DNA of 61,610 bases, counting the filler, from Sphacelaria rigidula (Eukaryota): the NCBI GenBank assembly GCA_964200075.2. It is 10 parts of 10 records of this genome, joined end to end, with 100 filler letters (N's around TTAATTAATTAA, not from the genome) between each part and the next. Parts side by side here need not be neighbours in the genome. Positions count along the whole stretch, not along the records: positions 18,516 to 24,586 come from CAXNAA020022431.1; positions 24,687 to 30,757 come from CAXNAA020022432.1; positions 30,858 to 36,928 come from CAXNAA020022433.1; 7 more parts are not named here. The stretch is one strand, 5' to 3'. Under the pieces are notes generated by a model, which made no database searches, was not told the DNA's origin, and saw only the letters and a list, made by a program, of their open reading frames with translations. Made by a program: the position numbers and the translations under genes. This document shows positions 22,760-33,824 of this stretch, piece after piece. Within the stretch, counting starts at the first letter, position 1. Each line of letters opens with the position of its first letter.

Positions 22760-24516
22760 GATTCGCACACCGCAGTTGTCGTCGTTGTGTTGTGATGTGT
22801 GTCGTAATTTGGAGCTCAAGATGGCTCGGCTAAAAATCAACCAAACATAAAAAAAAACGCCGCGCTTCTCGCGTAGACTGCCCTAGGACGTACGTGAAAT
22901 CTTGTCTGATCGATTCCCGAGGGATGCTGTACAAAACAGCTGGTGCGGGCTGTCCGGTACTGTTGTCGGAGACTGGCTTGTAAGACTCCTGTGTCTGGTG
23001 TTGTCTGCCTGTGCTGTCTGCATAGCAGTACGTACAGCAGTGTATTCTTATAGGAGAGGTAGGATAGAGCAGTACATTAGCGTTGTCACATATACCGCTC
23101 ATGATGCGGCGTGATCGCTGTGTGCGCAGCGGCGGTCGTCGGTTGGTGTTTTGTACCATTATCATTTCGCTGAGCGATCAGGGTGTGCCGCTACCATCAA
23201 CATTATTTCGCTGCTGTCGCCCTGGTTCCATCTCACCCTACTCTGACATTGCTACTACGGGTACGAGCCGGGCATCAATCGTCAACACCGTATCAGACTC
23301 ATCGCCATCTGGTTTTCGCCATGCGCAGGATCGCAACAGATGGCGATGTTACTGTACCCTACCAGTAGCTGATGGGCACGTTGGCGTCGCGGAATATGAA
23401 AGCCAAGACCCTCTCAACGAGGCAGGACAAGACCCCGAGGAGGGTGCTACTTCTAGGAGTTCAGGCGAGTTGTGTACTGTTGATCCGCATAGTGACTAGA
23501 CTTTACTTGACTTTTTCGCCAAGGGTGCTTCGCATCCTCAACTCAAACTTCAGTTGCTCATGTCCAGGAGCCGCCTCCCTGGTTTGTCACAGATTATCTC
23601 GCCTCGCAGCGCCCCAGCCGTTGGCGACGCTGGCGACATGCGGCTCGTGGTGGGGTGACCCGAGTTTTGGGTCGGGCATTACAACGACGCGTAGAGGATG
23701 GCGGTCCGAGGCACAATGATTTCGTTGCGCGCGATGAGCGACACGTCTCGGGTGGAAAGGCGAGAGAAGCAGATTCCATGTTGTTACTTGTACTAATAAT
23801 ATTAACACTAGAGCTTTCATGACAGTAAGTTCAACAGCTGGGTACAAATAACTGACACAGGAGCACACCCAACAGTACACCACGCTAAGACTGTGCTACA
23901 GCACTGTCTTAGGTTTTGATGGCCATTCCTCCTGAGTTGTTTTACGTACTTGAGAGAAGAACAATTGGATCGGGATTTGGTCTTTGAGATTGTATTGTTA
24001 CCTTTGAGCTACAATTGAGGTACCTTGTGCACTGTCACAACACTCAGTGGGGTAGCAGAATCTGATGACCAGGTACTTATTTGTGTGGTCAACACGCCTC
24101 GTTGATTTTTTCCCGCATAAGTTGTACACGGTCAACTTCAACACCCTATTTCGGCTGTACAGGTGTCACCTAAATAGGCGTGTGGGGAATGCTGTAGGAG
24201 GCACGAAGAAGGCTTCGTGCGCACCCTTGTGCAGTCCTTTCTACGGCCCCTGCGCTCTCTTCATTCCCAGTCTGTTGTACAATCCTACCGCACAAACACA
24301 CGCGACAACGCGCATTTGAGACAATGTCGATAAGTCACCCAAAGAGATGACTGCTTCAATCCAGGTATGCAATTAGTAATCATGTACAAACAGCACATGA
24401 GAGATGCTCTCCGTAATACCGAATGCACAGTGCAGTCAATAATCAATTCTCTATCTGTATCGTCTCATACGGTACTCGTCTCTGAGCGATGTTTTTTTTC
24501 TCTACGGCACCCGGTC

Positions 24517-24586
24517 GCCCCGGTGGCTCAGTTGGTAACCTCGTAACCTTCTGATGGTTGAGTTGTGGGGTTCGATTCTCGGAGCG
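24517..24586 (+). mobile_element. tRNA-like sequence (SINE head or pseudo-tRNA), cut by the contig end
   Basis: A-box TGGCTCAGTTGG, anticodon-like arm taacc-ttCTGat-ggttg, B-box GGTTCGATTC; the D stem does not pair. Confidence 0.6.
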
Positions 24587-24686
24587 NNNNNNNNNNNNNN
24601 NNNNNNNNNNNNNNNNNNNNNNNNNNNNNNTTAATTAATTAANNNNNNNNNNNNNNNNNNNNNNNNNNNNNNNNNNNNNNNNNNNN
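24587..24686. other. Artificial contig spacer
   Basis: N44-TTAATTAATTAA-N44. Confidence 0.98.
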
Positions 24687-24853
24687 GCTAAGATTGTTCG
24701 ACCCGAAGCCTACTGATTATCTTGCATTTGGATGACAGCCTCCGATGAGTTGCTTTGTTTTCTGGCATCGCCACTTCCAGAGACAGCCACGGCTTATACG
24801 CTGCCTTATGGCTGCCTCACCATTTCAACAGTGCGTATTTCGACCATCCCAAT

Positions 24854-24937
24854 TGTGCGCAGTTGAGGTTCTCCCACGCCGCACAATATGATCTAGCTTG
24901 ACTACCATCATAGTTACCGCAGAACAAACGCAAGCGC
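24854..24937. repeat. Repeat block shared with 61508-61590
   Basis: tgtgcg.agttgaggttctcccacgccgcacaatatga...accatcat.gtta.cgca...aaacgcaagcgc. Confidence 0.8.
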
Positions 24938-25289
24938 GCGAAAAGTATCGGTAACCTGGTTGCCTAGCTCACGCAGTGAGTGGCGTGTTTTATAGCGTCA
25001 TCGCCAACAGACGCCAACCCCATCGGAGGTTCATCCCTACAAAGCCGGGACGGAGCACGCCGGGTTTTCGCCGGACCAGGCAGTCGAATGAGGTGGGCGC
25101 CTCGCGCGTCCGGAAAGCTTTCTCAATGCAGCGTGGAGGGTCGGACTCACGGAAACCCCCTGTCGACTTGGCGCAGTGCACGCGCCACCCTACTCTTATG
25201 AGCTTCCGCCCTAGTACGAGACCGATTATGTTGCCCATAGTTCAAGTCTACTGTAGTAGGGCTGCATTGCAATGTACTGACTATGGGGT

Positions 25290-25915
25290 TGTTAGATGTA
25301 CAACACATCCACTGAGCTAACAGCCAGCGCTGACTGTTAGCTCAGTGGATGTGTTGTACACTTAACAAAAGTACAACCGGGTCCGACCGTTGGTTAGACT
25401 GTTGGACTCCGGTTGTACTCGTGGGTGGTAATCCTTCTAATCAGCGCTGCCCCAAGCGGTTCGTCGGCTTACAGGCGGGAGCGCTGATTAGAAGGATTAC
25501 AACCCACGAGTACAACCGGAGTCCAACAGTCTAACCAACTGTCGGACCCGGTTGTACTTTTGTTAAGTGTACAACACATCCACTGAGCTAACAGTCAGCG
25601 CTGACTGTTAGCTCAGTGGATATGTTGTATACCTACAGTAACAAAAGTACAACCGGGGTCCGACAGTTGGTTAGACTGTGGGACTCCGGTTGTACTCGTG
25701 GGTTGTAATCCCTCTAATCAGCGCTACCCCAAGCGGTTCGTCGGCTTACAGGCGGGAGCGCTGATTAGAGGGATTACAGCCCACGGGTACAACCGGAGTC
25801 CAACAGTCTAACCAACTGTCGGACCCGGTTGTACTTTTGTCAAGTGTACAACATATCCACTGAGCTAACAGTCAGCGCTGACTGTTAGCTCAGTGGATAT
25901 GTTGTATATCTAACA
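25290..25915. mobile_element. Non-coding TG...CA element made of nested palindromes, with 5-bp TSD (repeat-internal-repeat-internal-repeat)
   Basis: GGGGT at 25285-25289 and 25916-25920; termini TGTTAGAT...ATCTAACA; palindromic repeats 25290-25367, 25561-25643, 25838-25915; hairpin internal regions 25368-25560 and 25644-25837. Confidence 0.9.
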
Positions 25916-26079
25916 GGGGTAGCGTAAACACTAGACATAATTCGTATACAGCAAGGGTGCATTCGTACAGTAGTGGCACGCAGAGCTCGCTGGCATCGCT
26001 TCGCAACAGTAGACAGCTGTGCTGCCGTGTTTCAATCACGGACGGCAACACTTTGACGGAGAATTTGCAAGGCGAAGGC

Positions 26080-26470
26080 TGTTGAGATACTGGTCGACTG
26101 CTGGACTAATCAGCTAGCGCGTTGACTGCTGAGCTAATCAGCCAGCTGGCTGACAAGCTCAGTAGTCAACCAGTATCTCAACGAAAGTCAAGCTCTGGGG
26201 TTCGAATCCCTGTGCAAGTGAAAATAGTCTTCGATGGTGAGCACCGGGTGCGGTCGAAAAGCTTGAAAACTTCGAGGTTGCCGAGAATAGTGGCGAGTCG
26301 ACTGGTTGACGTTATCAGCGTTGGTCACGGAGATGGCAACCCTTGGGTGTGAATACTCGGGGGTATACGACGGACCCACCGATCTTGACTTTTGTTAACA
26401 TACTGATTGACTGCCAAGCTAATCAGCCAGCGCTGGCTGACTTGCTCAGCAGTCAACCAGTATGTTAACA
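26080..26470. mobile_element. Related element with palindromic terminal repeats and a B-box-containing interior
   Basis: Repeats 26080-26183 and 26393-26470 (78 bp, TGTTAACA...TGTTAACA, centre CAGCGCTG); interior bounded by aaagtcaag/cttgacttt; contains GGGTTCGAATCCC; no clean TSD. Confidence 0.75.
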
Positions 26471-26693
26471 AAAAGACGCTGCGTGACCTGCCGTGGCTGC
26501 TGACTGTATCATACACCCACCCGATATTGCGGGTTGACTTGAGTGCACGGTAGTATCGCAGTACGACCCACGTCGGAGGCAGAACAAGATTCACCTCGTG
26601 ACGACAGTAGGGGGTGACGGATCATATTTCAACCCCAAGCCAGACAGCTTGTCGGGACATTCTAGCTGGCTGTCCCTGAGCACATGGTACAGG

Positions 26694-28125
26694 TCACGGC
26701 TCTATACGTACGTGTGTCGTCTTCTGTCCACTCTCGCTGGCCATCATGGTCTCGTGTCCCTCGTGCTCAAGTGGTGCACGGCATGGCCCCCAACACCCCC
26801 GGACTGAATAACTTCCTACGTCCCTTCTACTCTCACCACTGCGTTTTGCAAATGTTCGACTTGTGCACACCGCGCTGAACACGAAAATTCACCCAGGGAC
26901 TGCAACGGAGCAGGTCACGTCGAGCGACGCAACCAGGGCGCGAACGAGGGCCACCATAAGCGGCCATCGCACTGTGGACAGGCTGGTGGCAGAGTGACGG
27001 TCTGCGCCCAGCACGCCAATCAATGCCGGAAACAAGTGCGCTACAGGCGAGGCGGTGTACCGCAAGCAAGGGATGTACGGTGTGACGTCGACAAGAGAGC
27101 AGGAACTATACACCGTATACACCAACATTGGGAACATCAACCTCTAGATCATCAAGCTCCCGATTCCGAGGCGGCGCGTGTGTGGCAACAAGCTCAACTC
27201 CAAGCAGGCACCGGCCGGCGTGAAAGCAACAGTATGGTGTTCTGTGCTGGTCGAACCCGTATTCAAGGCGGGAATAGCCGATTCGGACTGCCAGAGGTGC
27301 GGCGGTATGGGCTGCTCCAGGCAGGCGCCTCTTGATACGCAGGGCAAGGATGCAGAGTATAGAACCGAGCATGCCAGGTCGGGGATCGCTAATATCAAAG
27401 GCCAGACGAGCGGGATGAGTCTTCTCAACAAAGCCATGCCCAAGAGTTCGGCGTGCAATCGGGCAGGTGGTGCGTACACGCGGCAGCAAGAAGGCGGAGG
27501 CATGCGCACACGAGCAGAGGATGTAGTGATGGAGAGGAACTGCAAGCGGACGGTTCTTAGTGAGCTGGGTGGTGAGGTGTCCAGTTCCGAACACGCCGCT
27601 TGATCAACCGCCGTACCCCAGACAAGGCGATTTGGATCCTCGTCCAACGTTCTACCGATCGGCACACCTCCGCGTCCTGATACCAAAGGATCAAGACTAA
27701 TCAATATCATGAGTAAAAATGCAGCTCCGAGGCTGCCGTGAGCAGTGGACGGGCGCGGTGTCCAGCAGGCCAGGTCGCGGATCATCAACGATCGCATCGC
27801 CATCGGCAGGAGAGTGCGGTGCAAAGGCATGTTCTGTGAAGCAATACTGAGACGAAGTTCTGGGCGAAGTATAGGATGCTTCGGGGAACGATGGGTGTGG
27901 CACACGAGACGTGCTTGGAGGAGGGAGTTTGGGCTGGAAATGGCAAGTCTAGTTCTGCGTGACGCGAGCTGATCAATACGTCTCGGGAGCGACCAACCCG
28001 GCAGTGAAAAAGCCGATACAAGCAAGGGGGGAGGGTTACCTGTTCTTGCCCAGGAGACGTGCTATAGTCCAATGCGTAGCAAAGTCTGTCTGGCCAACTC
28101 GACCACGTCCACAGCAGCACGGTTC
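26694..28125 (-). pseudogene. Nearly open intronless reading frame, function unknown
   Basis: ORFs 27144-28025, 26889-27140 and 26694-26882 share one frame, separated by single stops. Confidence 0.3.
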
Positions 28126-30757
28126 TAGGAGAAGACGGGGCTATTGGGCGTGATCGGGTGTCAAGACACAGTGAGGGATGAAGCGAAATGTTATTGCTTG
28201 TGCGACTGGTGGTGGTGGTGTGCAGGCTGGCATCGAGGAGGCTATGGGGAGCGAGCGCGCCACCACTACGTCGTTGGCGATGGCGATGGCCTCACGGATG
28301 GCCGGGCGGCTTTGCTAGGCGGGATGATGCTGCTGGTGTGAGGAATAGCCCGTTACCCAAGAGCCTTGGTTGTGTGGAACAGACGCAGCAACAAATCAAG
28401 GTGGAGTGGGCGTTTTTGCTGCTCCCTGAGTGCGTCATGGGTCGATTCTTCCTTCACACTTGAGCAGTAAAAGCGTACCTGGTAGACATCGATCACGGAG
28501 CAATGGTGCGAGTGGTGGTCGCGTCATGAAATAGTCGTAGGGTGGGGTCGTTCAACAATACAGTGGAGGGTGGGGGGACTGGGCGGGGGAAAAATACGTT
28601 GGGACTGCGGCTACGCGAGTCCCTTAGAACTATGCACGGGTAAACAGTGAAACTGCTCAAGGCCGTACCGTCGTCAAGTCTCGACGACAACGGCTGATGA
28701 GATCTTAACCTACCCCTCCACGACTCAGCAGGCCGTTAGATGATAGGGTCGGCATCAGGAAGCAGCGCTACTCAGTGTGAGGGGAAAAGTACACGGGCAG
28801 CAAGCCAAGCCGCTGTTCAAAAGCTTCCTTCTTTGACAGGGACAAAGCCCAATAGTCTAGGATCTCAAGACATGGTTGGATCGAAACTAGACCTTGCCCT
28901 CCCGCCTGACATTAACGCGAAGGTTGCCGCTGCTCAGGCTGTTTTCCTGCCCGGGCTTTTGTTGATCGTTGTTTGGTACATGGACACGAACACGACGCGA
29001 CAAGGTGTCGTGGAGTTTGCGCCGCCCCTCCCTCCGATCCCCACCCCCGTAAGCAACCGTAACGAGACGTGCATGTGTTTTATTCGGAGGTGCAAGGCGC
29101 GAGGCTCAGGCGAACTCCCATGTTCGTGCAGCTTGCTTAGTCAGAAGTCAGATGTTACATATTCGTGACCTCCAGACGTTTTCGGTGTAGTCTAGGGCGC
29201 GGAGGGCGACCGCAATTTTCCTCTTTTCCAACGCGGCAGGCAGTCGTGTCATGCCCATGTTTCATCGACGTTGTTTTTTCGGAGATCTCCGACACTGTCG
29301 GGACTGGCAAGATTCCTGATGATGCTCGAACGCCTGCGAGCGATACGGCGTATTCACGTATTCACAGGGCAGCTCACGAAGTGGTGCGTTCCAGTCCGAA
29401 TTTTTCGGATTTGTCAAAAAAAATCAGCTTCGGAGAAGAAAGCGGGCCGCTTCGTTCTCGAAGAAGTCTGAACGTAGAGTCCGGCAAGTCAGAAAGTGTC
29501 TGATATCTCTGAAACAAGAAGCGTCGATAATAATGTGCCTTACAGTAGAAGTATGGCAGCGCTATCCTGTGCAAAAGATGACGTAGCTGGTTGCGGTTGT
29601 GCCGTGTAGTCAAAGCATTTGCTTCCAGAGGATTGTAGGAGTGGGATGTCTATCTGCATACGATTGATCGAGCCAGGCGGGTAGAGTGTTGGCCACCCCG
29701 AATGCGACGCTTTCGGATCCCGGGTATGATGCGTGTCATCATCTGTACTGTTGTAGCATGAAGAAAGATCGAACAGCTACAGAGGGACAGACGGTATGGG
29801 AACGTGTTGACGCGGCGGAGAGAGCTCGCCCGTTTCACAGGTCATGCGTATGGTATGACGAGAGGAAGAGTATGGGTTGCAAGGTTCCACAAGTAGGGCT
29901 TTGTGAACACGCGACATGGATAGATATCAGCGCCGCTCTTGGCAATGTGTCGAGTCCCATGTGCTGCGGAACTGTAGCCTGCCCGGGACAGACACGGGTT
30001 TATGAACTGGGATGCTGGGATGCTGGGATGCACACGTCACACGTGTGCGCATGTATGCAGGGGTGCAAAGCATACGGTATTAGCGGCGAGACGCTGTCCA
30101 ATGAAAAAAAACACCGCGTTGAAGAGTGACCAGCTGCGTTGTTCGTTGTTGTTTCACTTGCTCAAAGTATGGCGGACTCGCTATTTGTGCGGGACCGGTA
30201 GACCGCGTGCAGTTGGAAGGGTTCGGTGTCGCGTCGTGTGTCGCGTCGTCTGATGTTCATAGCTGCTAGGCGCCATGAACCTCCCGTGCAGGAGACAGGC
30301 GCGTGGAACCGGGTGCGGTATTGCGGGCCTGCCAATGTCCACACGCCGCTTCTAGCACCGTGGAAACCGTGGATACAAATGAATTCTGCTGGCTAGCAGT
30401 GTTGGGTGCGGGTTGGTGCTCACGGTTCGTGGTGACTCAAATTTACTATTGTACAAATGAGTGAGCCACGAGTTGTCGTGCCGTCGAGGGCCGAAGCACG
30501 GCACAGCTTAGGCGGTGCACAGCGACCTGGTAGCTTGCAGGAGAGCGGCCCTTGACTTGTGCTCCACTCCCTTGGGGTCGGCGTGGGCAAGTCTGCCTGC
30601 AGTAGATGTGACGCCGGTCTCTGAAGTGGGCTGTTTCCATGCACATGGTGCGCGACTCTGCCATTCTGTAGCTGGAACGGGGGTGGTATTTTCTGTTCTC
30701 ACGGCGCGTGTTTTGCGTTCCGCGATGTAACCGAGGGGTGTGTACTACTGTAGAGCA

Positions 30758-30857
30758 NNNNNNNNNNNNNNNNNNNNNNNNNNNNNNNNNNNNNNNNNNN
30801 NTTAATTAATTAANNNNNNNNNNNNNNNNNNNNNNNNNNNNNNNNNNNNNNNNNNNN
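30758..30857. other. Artificial contig spacer
   Basis: N44-TTAATTAATTAA-N44. Confidence 0.98.
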
Positions 30858-31104
30858 CCCCCCCACTCTATTGTAGCATGGCTCGGAAGTCGTTTTAGCT
30901 GCCGATCGTCGTGCTACAGTGGTGTCTTTCTCTGTGTACAATATCGCCATCAGGAGCCGCGGCAGGCCGCGGGCTCTGAAACGATCACGACTTGCGAAGT
31001 TCTGCCACTAGCCAAGCGTTTTTCCAGCTCCTCGCAGTATGTTCTTTCTCATTATATCCCCACAAATTTTCGTGTAGGTGTTTTTGTTGCTTGCCTTCTT
31101 CTGC

Positions 31105-31208
31105 GGGCTGTTTGGGTTATGGGTATATTCGTGGTATGCTNNNNNNNNNNGTGACCACGGGTTCGAGAGATCGAGCTAATGTGATGGATATAAGAATAAT
31201 AATAATAA
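31105..31208 (+). mobile_element. Retroposon 3' end with (AAT)n tail; second copy 34868-34970 with a (GAT)n tail
   Basis: gttatgggtat...gtgaccacggg.tcgagagatcgagct(t)aatgtga.ggata followed by a trinucleotide tail in both copies. Confidence 0.6.
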
Positions 31209-31777
31209 ATGAAGTCCGCCGTAAGGTTCATTCTTCCTGTACCTGTCCGTCGGAAGTGGAAATGCGGAAAATTCGAAAACTACGTGAGTTCGCGAAAATG
31301 TTTTTGGCGGATCACGCGCTCACTGCGCGGTGCATGTGAAACTGGTGACTGAGTGATGCCACAACAGGGGTGCACTTTTTTTTGGCCACAAAGGTTCTCG
31401 GGGCTGCTCGGGGTGTTGGAGAGGCCTTTTTGTGAATCGACATCATCTTTACTCGAAAAAGATTGAAAATGATGGCGACTCACGAAATGGCCCGTGCGTG
31501 CAAACACCATGTTTTCCTGGAGTCCGGTCCCCGAAAGGCTGGGGCTACACAGTAGTACAAGTTATCATTATTACAAGTAAGCCCCAGATATTGTGCTCCT
31601 ACAAGAAAGAGGCTCCAGAACCCAAAAGTGCACCTCTGCCATGGCATTACTCTACTTCACATTTTTTTGTTTGTTGCTTACAGACAGAGGTGTTTGCTTT
31701 GTCTCGATGTGTGGTGTGGCATGTGTGTCACACTCCGCATCTATGCCGCAAAATGGAAGGCCGTAGGTATGGGTCAA

Positions 31778-31979
31778 CTCATTGACGGCCAGCGTAGGTC
31801 GTCGGGTTCACACAATTGTTTTTTCAAGTGAAGGCGATGCCGATTCAACAGATGGACTGCCGTGACGATGGAAGGGTTAACCCTTAGACCGCGAGGGTAG
31901 TCTTTCTGGATCTTGCGTACTTTTTTCAAGTGAATCTTGATGCCGATTCAGCAGGTGACCTACCCTCGCGGTCAAAGGG
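31778..31979. mobile_element. Two tandem ~99-bp piggyBac-like MITEs sharing a TTAA
   Basis: Copy 31881-31979 reads TTAA|cccttagaccgcgagggtag...ctaccctcgcggtcaaaggg|TTAA; a more diverged copy 31778-31876 abuts it. Confidence 0.85.
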
Positions 31980-32066
31980 TTAATGATGTGGTGTACTTTT
32001 TATTTGTCGTGTGTCTTGGTATTTTTGTGTAGTGTCTCGCACGCTTGCACAAAATTGGTTGATCAA

Positions 32067-32168
32067 CCCTTTCACCGCGAGGGTGGGTCACCTGTTGAAT
32101 GGGCATCAATTGTCACTTGGAGAATGTATTAGTGACCTAGATGGACTACACGCACCGCGGTCGAGGGG
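32067..32168. mobile_element. piggyBac-like MITE, opposite orientation
   Basis: tcaa|ccctttcaccgcgagggt...ccgcggtcgagggg|ctaa; interior is the reverse complement of 31881-31979. Confidence 0.75.
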
Positions 32169-32444
32169 CTAAAATACCACACGTTTGGGCTATTTATTTT
32201 TTTATTTATCAGCAGCAGCAACAACAGCAGTAGTAATACTATATTACTGTTATTCTTACTGTTATTTTCATCATCATTAATATTTATTGTGGAATACGGC
32301 GCATGTGTCATATCCCGCACGCCCGCAGAGGGGGAAGACTATACATGGCTTATTCAGTCATCATGCATGATATTTTATTTTATTTTTCCAATGAGAAACA
32401 TGACATATGGCATATGGGTCATACTCCGCGCACCCCTGCTGCAG

Positions 32445-32641
32445 GTGGAAGGCCGTATGGGATATGACCACTACGTGGGCGGAGACTCCGAGTCGGACGA
32501 GATCCGGCAAGGCGGCGAGTTCGTTGTAGTGTGCGGCTACGGCCGCATTGGGCGCTTAGTGTGCGAGCTACTGGGCAAGAAGTTCATCAACTTTGTCGCC
32601 TTCGACAACAATCCGCTCAAGGCTATGGAGGCGCGAAATCG
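32445..32641 (+). CDS. Internal exon of a KEA/KefC-type K+/H+ antiporter, start of the KTN (TrkA-N) domain
   Basis: ctgcag| VEGRMGYDHYVGGDSESDEIRQGGEFVVVCGYGRIGRLVCELLGKKFINFVAFDNNPLKAMEARNR |gtgcga; GxGxxG Rossmann motif followed by the AFD strand. Confidence 0.85.
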
Positions 32642-33113
32642 GTGCGACCATGATTCCATGATTTCCTAGTCTTTTTGTTGTTGTGAGTTAGTCTCTGCTT
32701 TTCATTTTTGGAGATATGTGTTCTTGTTTCTGCGTTGGGGAGGGTATCTAACTGCTGATCCCAAGCGGGCCCATGTCGTGGTCCCCTCTTTGCTCGACAG
32801 AAGGACGGAAGTTCAGTCGATACACGAGGCTCTTCGTCATTCTCCGCACATGTGGACATGTCGACTTTTTACACGAGCTCGACTGTGACTTGACCAACCC
32901 CATCCTGCCCCCACGAGACGATCGAATGAGTCCTTTCTTTCCTCGTGTCGCTACTCTCGTACCTACGTATGGCTATCATAAACGGGGGAGGAAGGGAGGG
33001 GGGGGGGCGCGGGGGGGGGGTATTTTAGACATCTGATATGCTCAGGTGCATGGCAGGAATGCAGAGAGAAGCAGTCGAAACATTTGGCTTTTTAACACAA
33101 CCACCAGCATTAA

Positions 33114-33642
33114 CTCTTGGACCGCGAGGGTAGTCCATGTAGATCATGCTTAGTTTTTTTCAAGTGAAATCTGACGCCGATTCAACAGTTGGCCTACTCT
33201 CGCTGTCTCAAAGTTCACCACTTGATCACCACGGTGGGCGATTCGGTTCGCAGATTCACGGTTCAAGTGAAAAATATTATGCCGGTTCAGTAGATATGCC
33301 CCACCTCTCGGCGATCAGAAGGTTTTCGTTTACCCTTGCACCGCGAGGGTACGCCGTCCATCTGGATCACTCATACTTATTTCAAGTTGAATTGATGCCG
33401 GTTCAACACCTACTCTCGCTGTCTAAGGGTCAAGCCTTTGACTACTGGAGTAGATGATCTCTTAAACCCGCATCGTTTACACTTGAGAAATAGGGTAAAA
33501 TTATGTCATTTCAACAGATCGCTCGCCTATCCTGGCCAGTCAAATGGTAAACCGCGCGACCGTAGGTCATCTGTTGAATCAGCATTAATTTTACTTGAAA
33601 AATTACTGCACGACCAGGTGACCGACCCTTGTGGTCAAACGG
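33114..33642. mobile_element. Chain of about five abutting piggyBac-like MITE copies in both orientations
   Basis: Repeated ttcaagtgaa...atgccg.ttca core about every 105 bp, with reverse-complement cores in the last copies; outer TTAA at 33110-33113 and 33643-33646. Confidence 0.7.
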
Positions 33643-33824
33643 TTAATTGTGGTGTGGTACGTGTGATCAGGGGGGGGCGGGGGCGCACTCATTTGTTGCT
33701 TGCCTTAGTCGTTCGACCATTGACCACCTATCGCTTTCGAGACGGAGCACCGTTCCTTCTCCTAATAGAGACACCATGCGCTCATTACGTTTATTCCATA
33801 CACAACACAAACACCTTTTAAATA

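Noticed and set aside
23779..24094. Possible solo LTR (TGTTG...CAACA) containing a small hairpin
   Set aside because: Flanks ttcca and cgcct do not form a TSD and there is no second copy.
24517..24586. Functional tRNA-Gln(CTG)
   Set aside because: The D stem cannot pair, the acceptor stem is not confirmable and the sequence is truncated.
25290..25915. CRISPR array or hammerhead retrozyme
   Set aside because: The intervening segments are near-identical rather than unique spacers, the repeats are too long, there are no cas genes and no CTGANGA/GAAA core.
28740..29503. Exons of a Ser-rich protein
   Set aside because: Open frames are plausible but lack motifs and consistent splice sites.
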